The notes under the pieces are model-generated. The model was not told the DNA's origin and did no database searches. It worked only from the letters and a program-made list of their open reading frames with translations. Both the position numbers and the translations under genes were made by a program. From a virus: 64,000 nt of DNA. The stretch's first letter is position 1; the number at the start of each line of letters is the position of its first letter. Below are positions 56,897-64,000 of this stretch, piece after piece. The DNA is taken from UHGV virus genome UHGV-0294963; one strand, given 5' to 3'.

Positions 56897-59104
56897 TTAA
56901 TTGAGCACTAAGAAGTGACCTGCACTGTTCTCAGCTTTGAATGCCTGAATATCAGCTACAGGCTTCCAGTCGATGAACGTACCGTCGTTTGCTAGAAGCA
57001 TTTGCATTAGAGTTTCCTTAGCGATGTCTTCAGAGTCTCCAGGAACGACAATCCCGTCAAAATTGTCTTCTGGGAGCATACACTCAGCGACAAAACCAGG
57101 GCCTTGTGCTTGAGTGTCTCTTAGGTCTTCATAACCGAGTCCATATGCAGCGAAGTCACCTTCCTCAAAAACTCGATTTGTGCCTGTATCTGCAGCTGCA
57201 GGTTCACCGACTATACCTACGCCGCCGAGTGCATTGCTGTTAAAGCTGAGTGATGAGTTAAGACCAGCAGCATCTTCTGATTTCTTCATATGTTCCTGTC
57301 TTTTCTTAAATGCTGCTTTGAGCTTGTCTAGAGCAGATGCTCCTTTGTTTGCGTCACAGCTGGTATCTGAATTAGCATGCTTAGATGCGTCTAGATTGTC
57401 TTCGTCACCGTGAAGCATATCGTAAGAAGCCGCTGCCTGCTTGATATAGTTGACAGCATCGCTGCCCTTCATTCTCTTATCCAAGCTGCCTGATTCGGTA
57501 CGGATAATGCTGTAATCCTTGAATAAGGTTACATAGACAGTTGCGTTTGCCAAGTCACCTGAGGCAATCATTTCATTATCATTGTATCCCGCAGGTGCTA
57601 CGAAAGCACCGATATCGCCGACTTTGACTTCAACGCTGGTAGTATCAGGATTCTTCTCAATTGCACGAGTAAGAGCAGCTTGGAGCGACTCGTCGGTGAG
57701 CTCATCGGTAAGCACTTCTGTAGTGTTTTCGTCAAGTGAGGCATCAAGGTCCTCCCAGTTGACATCTTTGTACTTTCTTGCGATGTACTTCTGGATGTCA
57801 GGTTTAACCTTCATCGCTTCTTTTCTTCCGATGTACTTATTGAGAAGCAGCCAGGTTACGATAGACGCATCCAGCTTATATGCTTCTTGAGGAGTGATGA
57901 GCTTCTGCTCGACCATAGGCTGAAGAAGTTTCGCATTTTTTCTGTAAGCATCGATAGGCTTAATTGTTCCTGCCTTGACGCCTTCCAGAATTGCGGCAGG
58001 GTCATCAGGAATATTCTCTGCAACGGAGTACAATCCTTTCTTAATTAGCTTATCCTTTAGTGCTGGGTCAACCTTAACAGCATAGTCAGGTGAAATATAA
58101 CCCTGTTGTACCAGCCAAAGAATCCTATCAGGAGCTCTACGTGCAACGATTTCTGGTGCAATCAAGCCCTTGGTGACAAGGTCTTTAGCAAGTGTCGGCT
58201 TAGCTTTGAGAACCTTTTCTGCATCGACATAACCCTTCGTGACCAAACGCATAACACCAGGTGTGCTCATACGGTCGAGGTCAGACTTTTTAAGTTCTGC
58301 GATGCCGTCTGCGAGGAAGTACTCATAGCAGCGAGCTGGAGGATTCTGCAGCATACTATCGACCATATCAGACAAAAGACCTGCAAGCCAGTAAGCTGTA
58401 TGCTGGTCTCTCTTGTTCGCATTGTCACCGTTTGCTGTATATCCATACATACCCTGCTCAACATCGATGAATCTTCCCGACCTATGGTAGATTAGATGAG
58501 CCTCAGAGTTAGGATTGTAGTTAGGTTCGAATGACCAATCATCTACACCGCTCTCATCAGTCTCAGCACCCACCTCAACCGTGAGTGAAGACTTGGCTAC
58601 CCACTGGGTAGTGCCGAGTTTTTGAGAAGTGTACATCAAGGTTGACAGAATTAGGTCATCACCTTTGTTCTCACGGAAGGCGGTATAACGGAATCCGGGA
58701 GGAAGGTCAACAGCTTCTTGTGCAGCTCTGAATACGTTCTTGACACGCACTGCTACACCAGGGTCAAGTGCAGAATTAAGCCCAGTGCTCTGACCTTTGA
58801 GTGAATTATAGAAAGCATCGATGCGTCTGCAGCACTCAAGATTGGTATCAAGCCAATCACCGAGGTCTTCTGCACACATATCAGGGCTTTCGATGTCATA
58901 CTGCGGAACATATGCAAATCCTTCTTCGGTAGCTTCACTATTCTCTGTCGGAGTATAAATCTCGACAGCAGTACCGTCAGGAAGATTGATTGTAAAGCCT
59001 ACCTTTGAGTCATCAATGATAGTACCTTCTGTTCTGCAGCAGTTGAGTGTTCGGGCATTTGCAATGCCCATCGTTTTGCACATTTCTGAAATAAATACGT
59101 TCAT
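56897..59104 (-). CDS. Virion-associated protein with internal roughly 30-aa tandem repeats (735 aa)
   Basis: Four to five degenerate repeats (LVTKGYVDAEKVLKAKP / LVQQGYISPDYAVKVDP / LIKKGLYSVAENIPDDP / MVEQKLITPQEAYKLD). Within the right-hand structural block. Confidence 0.4.
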   Translation of the reverse strand: MNVFISEMCKTMGIANARTLNCCRTEGTIIDDSKVGFTINLPDGTAVEIYTPTENSEATEEGFAYVPQYDIESPDMCAEDLGDWLDTNLECCRRIDAFYNSLKGQSTGLNSALDPGVAVRVKNVFRAAQEAVDLPPGFRYTAFRENKGDDLILSTLMYTSQKLGTTQWVAKSSLTVEVGAETDESGVDDWSFEPNYNPNSEAHLIYHRSGRFIDVEQGMYGYTANGDNANKRDQHTAYWLAGLLSDMVDSMLQNPPARCYEYFLADGIAELKKSDLDRMSTPGVMRLVTKGYVDAEKVLKAKPTLAKDLVTKGLIAPEIVARRAPDRILWLVQQGYISPDYAVKVDPALKDKLIKKGLYSVAENIPDDPAAILEGVKAGTIKPIDAYRKNAKLLQPMVEQKLITPQEAYKLDASIVTWLLLNKYIGRKEAMKVKPDIQKYIARKYKDVNWEDLDASLDENTTEVLTDELTDESLQAALTRAIEKNPDTTSVEVKVGDIGAFVAPAGYNDNEMIASGDLANATVYVTLFKDYSIIRTESGSLDKRMKGSDAVNYIKQAAASYDMLHGDEDNLDASKHANSDTSCDANKGASALDKLKAAFKKRQEHMKKSEDAAGLNSSLSFNSNALGGVGIVGEPAAADTGTNRVFEEGDFAAYGLGYEDLRDTQAQGPGFVAECMLPEDNFDGIVVPGDSEDIAKETLMQMLLANDGTFIDWKPVADIQAFKAENSAGHFLVLN

Positions 59105-59119
59105 GCTACTCTACCTCCT

Positions 59120-59668
59120 TTAAGACATAGGTCCCAGGTAAATTGCACGAGAAACTTCAAGTGTGCAGTTGAACTTGACAATGTCCGAAGACTTGTAGTC
59201 AGCATCGCCGAAACCTAGCGATGAAATCCAGACGCCTCTCCACTTCCAGATACGAGAGAAGTTAGGGTCTCCATCACCAGAATCACGAAGAACATAAGCG
59301 TCCTTCATATAGCGGCTTGGTCTTCCCACCTTTTCTGTAGCAGCGTCGAATACCTGCTGGTCAAGGTCAACCAAAGCCTGCTGGCTGTCCAATCCAACGT
59401 ATCCCTTGATAGTCCAAGATACGTTCTGGTATGTAGGCTTACCTGCAAACTTCAAGCTGTCATTGCCGTAGAAGTCTTCGATTACGCCGTAACCTTTCTT
59501 GAACTCACCCAGGGAGTCTGTAGATAGCGTCAAGATATCCGAAAATGAAGCAAGCTCAGAAGAGTTGACATTGTATAGTCTAATCTCGAACTTGTCTTTC
59601 AGATATGGCATATAGTCGTCCTGACCAATCATGTGGTCAGTGCCATAATACATTCTGTCCATCCACAT
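59120..59668 (-). CDS. Hypothetical virion protein (182 aa)
   Basis: ORF in the structural block. Confidence 0.35.
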   Translation of the reverse strand: MWMDRMYYGTDHMIGQDDYMPYLKDKFEIRLYNVNSSELASFSDILTLSTDSLGEFKKGYGVIEDFYGNDSLKFAGKPTYQNVSWTIKGYVGLDSQQALVDLDQQVFDAATEKVGRPSRYMKDAYVLRDSGDGDPNFSRIWKWRGVWISSLGFGDADYKSSDIVKFNCTLEVSRAIYLGPMS

Positions 59669-59703
59669 AGACTCGTCCTCCTTTTTAATTGATTTTAACT
59701 GTT

Positions 59704-59766
59704 CTGCTTAAATGCACGAAGGTACAGTGTATAAATTTACAGCCTAACCGACGCAGCATTTAAGCA
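59704..59766 (-). terminator. Conserved inverted-repeat element (CTGCTTAAATGCA, 39 nt, GCATTTAAGCA)
   Basis: Identical arms to 33118 and 52743. Sits between the HU-like gene stop and the next gene. Confidence 0.5.
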
Positions 59767-59778
59767 AAACCGCTGTGC

Positions 59779-60054
59779 TTACTTGTTCACACGCTCTTTG
59801 AGCTTGTAGCTTACCTTGAGCGCCGGTGCCTTGCTAGCATTGATGTCGATAGGCTGCTTTGTCTGAGGATTGATGCCCTTACGAGCTGCTCTCTCACGGA
59901 CTTCGAATGTACCGAAGGACTGAATGGTAACACTGTCACCCTGCTCAAGTGCTTCTGTGATTACATCGAACACACCGTCGATTGCTTTGTATGCCTGCTC
60001 ATTAGTGAAGCCTGCCTTTTCTTTGAGTTTGGAAACGAATTCCTGCTTATTCAT
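59779..60054 (-). CDS. HU/IHF-family DNA-binding protein
   Basis: MNKQEFVSKLKEK...GDSVTIQSFGTFEVRERAARKGINPQTKQPIDINASKAPALKVS matches the HU arm signature (RNPQTG). Confidence 0.8.
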   Translation of the reverse strand: MNKQEFVSKLKEKAGFTNEQAYKAIDGVFDVITEALEQGDSVTIQSFGTFEVRERAARKGINPQTKQPIDINASKAPALKVSYKLKERVNK

Positions 60055-60145
60055 AATATCTAACTCCTTTGTAATAGATTAGTGATGTGCGTCTGTAACG
60101 AACGCCCCACGTTCTAATATACAGACGCACATCAGTATCACGGTA

Positions 60146-62809
60146 TTAGTCGTATGTCTCCTGGAAACCTGTAGGAGGAAGCAGGAACAAGTCGACATCG
60201 ACTGTGTCAATAACACCAGTAACAGCAAGCTCAACCCTACCAATAACGGTGTTAGCATTGATGCGGTCAAGGTTAATGATATCGGGGTTCATGATAATAC
60301 GATAGCCCCATGGATTGTACTCATTACCTGTAAGAGCACCGACAGCTCTCATTTCATCAAGCAGAGGACTGAGTCCTGCATAGAAGTGTGAATATGCGTC
60401 TTCATTGTTGTATCTAAACAGAATCTGAAGTGCTGTGTCCCAGATACGCTGCTTAACTCTGTTGGTAAGGAATCTGGTAGACAGATTCTGAAGTGCGTTG
60501 TAGGAACCAAGCGGCTTATCCCAGAGTGTGCTATTACCAAAGCAAGTGAATCCCTTACCAGGAACCTCCATCAATGGATTTAAGCACACACCTTCGTCAT
60601 GGTCTTGAATGAGGTCAAGATAATGCCTCTTGATTTTATATTCAGGTGTATGAACGACACCAGTACCGAGCATGCCCGCAGGTACCATCCACCACTTATT
60701 CTGCCCACCAACTCCCTTAGCATTGATGATAAGAAGTAGGTGTGCGATTTCAGGTGCAATCCAGGAATTAGCACCTGAAAGTGCTAGTGTAGTCTTACAC
60801 CAAGGACCTACGACTTCACCAAATGTCGAGTAGGTAGGACCTACGGCCTGGGAGACAGAATCCTTATACTTAAGAGCACCTGTCTTGACTGCAGAAGACC
60901 CTGTGCCTGTCTGAATACCTCTAGGCATGCCGAAAGGTGTGCCAATGAGTGCAGCTCCGCACTTAGAATTAGCGGCAACTTCAATCATCTTGGTTACAAG
61001 CGTTGATACCTCATACTCCATGTAGAACGGATTAGCAGATGTATCACCATTTGCTTCAAGGAAGGACTGCGGTACATATTGGTCATCTGCGATACCCTGA
61101 ACAAGGGCATCCCAATCATAGACGATAGGGTCTGTAAGTTCATCGACTGTCTTATAGAAACGGCTATACATTATCTGCTGATTATATAGACGAACTAGAG
61201 CGTCAGGTTCATCAGTTGCGTATTTGGTTGCAATTCGATTAATATAATCGTAGAACTGACTATCAGTCGGAAAACGTTCTGCGACGATTGCTTTAACATC
61301 GTCGACTGTAATCTCTTCACCGTCAGGTAATGTAGTTGCGTAGTCGGTACCATATATGAGTGAGGTAACCTGAACTCCGGTCGGATACTCTGAAGGAGAA
61401 ATATTAGCTCCAGAACTGTAGACAATGAATGAAGGAGAGTCTAGGTTACTGAACGTAGCTTCTGTGATTAAAGGTCGATTGTCAGTAGCTGCGTCCTCAT
61501 CAAATGCTACAGAAACGATTTCTAGAAGCTGGTCGGTAGGAACAATCTCATTCGGGTTATTGTTATAACCGTTGTTGTCGAACACCTCGACTGTACCGAT
61601 TTTGAAACCATCACTATTTAGGCCGCACTTAATGCGAACCTTCAGGTTGTTGCCGAACGAACCAGGGAATTTGGCTTGGAATCGAATGAGCTGAGTAGTT
61701 GATGGGATACTGGCAGCAACACCTTCCGCGTAGAGTATGTCATGATTGCCAGAAGGTCGGTCTGTCCATGCGGAACCTAGTCGAACAGTGAACAATCCCA
61801 AATCAGAGTCATCTGAAGTGCTAGAGTAGATGTTCGATATACTGTTGTCAGATACAGCCTTGAGGCTCAGAAGTGCAGGTATGCTTTCAAGTTGAATGTA
61901 CGTGAAGTCAGGTGCAAGAACGCTGTCGACAGTAATTGTACCATTCATTGCAGCAACACTAGGAACGTAAGTCGAGGTCTCTGTAATTGTGATATTACGT
62001 CTTTCAAGTACCGTACCGTCGGATGCGAATACAGATACCTGAACTGTGCCAGAAACAGTAACCTTCTTACCACGCTCTGACTTGTTGCCGACGATGACCG
62101 TTGAGTTTGTTGGCTTAATCTGAGTAGTAAGAACTTCAGGCTTGCCGAACGCAACAATCAATGGCTTTTTCGTGTCGATTGCAGTTGCAGACTTAGCAGA
62201 AATCTTGAACTGGTTAGGAATAGAACCATGCACCGTCTTGTATCTATTGGTAACCGGGTCATAGACAGCCGAGAATACCTTGTATCTCAGAGTAGAATCT
62301 GGGTCAGGCATACCCCAATCCCACACGATTCTACCGCCGACAAGTGTGTCGCGAGGAATATAAAATCTATACGGGATATTCTTATATGAAGCTGCTGTAG
62401 GTGTAGTCACCATATCAGGATAAAGCATAAGCGTATCGGCTGCAGGAGTAGGCTCTGTACCTCCGATAGGAACCACATATAGACTGTTGTGGCTTTTCTC
62501 ACCCAGACCATCGACTCTCTTGACAAGAATATCATAGCCAGAAGCGAGAAGTTTGAGTGCGTAGTCGTACGATTTCTCGCGAGCACCAAGATACTTGTTC
62601 GCACCTCTGAAGGTCGATACAAAGTCTGTAGTGCCCCGGAAGCCTGCACTGAAATGTACCCAGTCCGGGTTGGCGTCCTCGTCACCCTCTACGAAGGTAG
62701 GACCCCAGATTGCAGCAATCGGGAAAGCAACCGTTGCGTAAGAATTATTCTTAGTCTGGAAGCTGTAAGTCTCCGAATGCTCATAGATGTTAATTCTTGG
62801 CATCTTCAA
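60146..62809 (-). CDS. Large virion protein (887 aa), putative capsid- or portal-associated
   Basis: Long ORF with no enzymatic motifs, in the structural block. Assignment is by position only. Confidence 0.35.
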   Translation of the reverse strand: MKMPRINIYEHSETYSFQTKNNSYATVAFPIAAIWGPTFVEGDEDANPDWVHFSAGFRGTTDFVSTFRGANKYLGAREKSYDYALKLLASGYDILVKRVDGLGEKSHNSLYVVPIGGTEPTPAADTLMLYPDMVTTPTAASYKNIPYRFYIPRDTLVGGRIVWDWGMPDPDSTLRYKVFSAVYDPVTNRYKTVHGSIPNQFKISAKSATAIDTKKPLIVAFGKPEVLTTQIKPTNSTVIVGNKSERGKKVTVSGTVQVSVFASDGTVLERRNITITETSTYVPSVAAMNGTITVDSVLAPDFTYIQLESIPALLSLKAVSDNSISNIYSSTSDDSDLGLFTVRLGSAWTDRPSGNHDILYAEGVAASIPSTTQLIRFQAKFPGSFGNNLKVRIKCGLNSDGFKIGTVEVFDNNGYNNNPNEIVPTDQLLEIVSVAFDEDAATDNRPLITEATFSNLDSPSFIVYSSGANISPSEYPTGVQVTSLIYGTDYATTLPDGEEITVDDVKAIVAERFPTDSQFYDYINRIATKYATDEPDALVRLYNQQIMYSRFYKTVDELTDPIVYDWDALVQGIADDQYVPQSFLEANGDTSANPFYMEYEVSTLVTKMIEVAANSKCGAALIGTPFGMPRGIQTGTGSSAVKTGALKYKDSVSQAVGPTYSTFGEVVGPWCKTTLALSGANSWIAPEIAHLLLIINAKGVGGQNKWWMVPAGMLGTGVVHTPEYKIKRHYLDLIQDHDEGVCLNPLMEVPGKGFTCFGNSTLWDKPLGSYNALQNLSTRFLTNRVKQRIWDTALQILFRYNNEDAYSHFYAGLSPLLDEMRAVGALTGNEYNPWGYRIIMNPDIINLDRINANTVIGRVELAVTGVIDTVDVDLFLLPPTGFQETYD

Positions 62810-63407
62810 TCTCCTCCTTTACGTTATTATATAACTCAGAATCTATGTACCAATCCAGATAACGTAGATTTTTTCTCCTGATGTCGATGATGTTAGCGCC
62901 TAACACACGAATCGGAATTATCTGTTGATATAGGATTCCGGATACCGAGAATTGGTCAACTCCAGAACTGCTCTGAAAGTCACCATTTATTAAAATTTGA
63001 CCGTGAATTGAGCGGTCAGAGCCATAAGGTAGATTTACCGTAAGCCTAGGTTTATTTAAGAACAAGAATGATATCTCGCTTGTCAGCTCGTCGATATCGT
63101 CTTGTGTATATGCAAGTAGAGTAACTGTATAATCCGCTTGTATCGGTACAGCCTGCTCATTTATTTTCTTGTGTTCTTGAACTCTGTCGACCCTGCCCTT
63201 ACGAGCTATCGGCCAGGACTGTAATTGCCTTTCAGGAGTCCAGTTAGTTCTGAAAAGCACAACAGCTGGTAGTTGAAGTCGATTTTCCTTGTGCATTGCG
63301 ATAACATTCCAGTAATCTTTTACTGGAACTATCGCAACCTCACCCTTGAAATTTTCTTTGAAATACTCGTAGAGTGCGGTATCATATAGGTGTATCATTA
63401 GCTTCAC
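62790..63407 (-). CDS. Hypothetical protein (205 aa)
   Basis: ORF coupled to neighbours. Confidence 0.35.
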   Translation of the reverse strand: MKLMIHLYDTALYEYFKENFKGEVAIVPVKDYWNVIAMHKENRLQLPAVVLFRTNWTPERQLQSWPIARKGRVDRVQEHKKINEQAVPIQADYTVTLLAYTQDDIDELTSEISFLFLNKPRLTVNLPYGSDRSIHGQILINGDFQSSSGVDQFSVSGILYQQIIPIRVLGANIIDIRRKNLRYLDWYIDSELYNNVKEEIEDAKN

Positions 63408-63729
63408 CTACTCCCGTATCTGAAGAGGATGTGCTAGACGTCTGAGTAGATGAAGAACTAATGCCTTCGTCGAAACCACCACCGGTGTCTATATCGATAT
63501 TGGTTCCGCCCTGGGCAGTAACCTCAGCACCGAAGTCTGCATCATCCAGCGAATCTTCCTCAATTCTGTAAAGGAGTCCCTCAGGAATATTGAACAGACC
63601 CCCGCATAATGGACACTGACACGCATAAGGCAGATTCTCAGAATCGACTTCGATAAGTGTCTTTGGTGTCGAATCGGGCATAGCTAATCCTGAGTCTTTC
63701 AGGTTATCAGGTAATTGCATTTTAATCAT
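63382..63729 (-). CDS. Small zinc-ribbon protein with acidic Ser/Thr-rich tail (CQCPLCGG)
   Basis: SD GAGAAT...ATG. Ends in a D/E/S/T-rich tail. Confidence 0.35.
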   Translation of the reverse strand: MIKMQLPDNLKDSGLAMPDSTPKTLIEVDSENLPYACQCPLCGGLFNIPEGLLYRIEEDSLDDADFGAEVTAQGGTNIDIDTGGGFDEGISSSSTQTSSTSSSDTGVGEANDTPI

Positions 63730-63737
63730 ATTCTCAC

Positions 63738-64000
63738 CTACTCTTTTAAGAACCGTCTGGGTTCAGAATTTTTCTTAGCGATGTCTCTTTCAGTCTGTTC
63801 GGTTAGGGGTCTATGATTACCCACAAGCGGAACTATCTGACATATGATATGGTCAGGACATACCAGTCCTGTAGTCAGCTGTGTTACTTGGAACAGCCTG
63901 GTTTCGATTGCGGTTACCTGACCGTCGATTTCGAAGAGACAACCTCGTTGGATATGAGGTACATCAAATGGGACATGAATAAGGAAGGGTAGATTGTCAG
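63738..64000 (-). CDS. Partial CDS (C-terminal portion; gene continues beyond the window)
   Basis: Open minus-strand frame ending at TAG (revcomp of 63738-63740). The next gene's SD follows. Confidence 0.35.
   Translation of the reverse strand, partial: DNLPFLIHVPFDVPHIQRGCLFEIDGQVTAIETRLFQVTQLTTGLVCPDHIICQIVPLVGNHRPLTEQTERDIAKKNSEPRRFLKE

Noticed and set aside
1-64000. Integrated prophage or other mobile element
   Set aside because: No integrase, transposase, att-like direct repeats or flanking bacterial housekeeping genes are visible in the window. The gene content is uniformly phage-like.

Overview
This window reads as a contiguous stretch of a large double-stranded DNA phage genome. I saw no integrase, no tRNA genes and no CRISPR array. 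It is organised in three transcription blocks: minus-strand genes from about 1 to 30174, plus-strand genes from 30901 to 56714, and minus-strand genes from 56897 to the end of the window. Strong Shine-Dalgarno sites of the GGAGG type precede most genes, and GTG or TTG start codons are used. Together with a SigF/SigG-like sigma factor, an HU-like protein and an M23 plus GH25-like lysin, this suggests a low-GC Gram-positive host; that is inference only. Genes I can recognise by motif include a complete bacterial-type replisome: DnaG-like primase, DnaB-like helicase, DnaC-like loader, a Dda/RecD-like helicase, a clamp loader of DnaX, delta-prime and delta type, a beta-type sliding clamp, a gp32-like single-stranded DNA-binding protein (SSB) with a zinc site, a family A DNA polymerase and a 5'-3' flap nuclease. 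Others are an SbcC/SbcD pair, an SNF2-family ATPase, an endonuclease IV-like TIM-barrel protein, tail-fibre and lysin genes, and an HU-like protein. The most unusual content is a queuosine-pathway cluster at the left edge: queC, queF, a clear queA homolog and a YhhQ-like transporter from the VUT family. A gene start at the window boundary is probably queD. Further along the same block sits a DpdA-like DNA-guanine transglycosylase, translationally coupled to an unknown gene of about 527 codons. QueA acts after preQ1 insertion in the tRNA pathway. Its presence alongside DpdA suggests a 7-deazaguanine DNA modification that goes beyond preQ0 or preQ1, for example an epoxyqueuosine- or queuosine-like base in DNA. 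Other features worth a second look follow. Intergenic regions carry a recurring promoter pattern, AACTTCGT, then about 16 to 20 nt, then TGTTATAAT. Three intergenic inverted repeats share the arms TGCTTAAATGCA and TGCATTTAAGCA. A roughly 40-bp element (core ATGCGTTAGCGTGCTACGTG) is present three times. There is a tandem pair of paralogs with a DXD motif that look like GT-A glycosyltransferases. Three tandem tail-fibre paralogs share an N-terminal anchor; the third ends in an SGNH esterase plus a lysozyme-like domain. One protein ends in six consecutive cysteines. The SSB has a Gln/Gly/Trp-rich repetitive tail.
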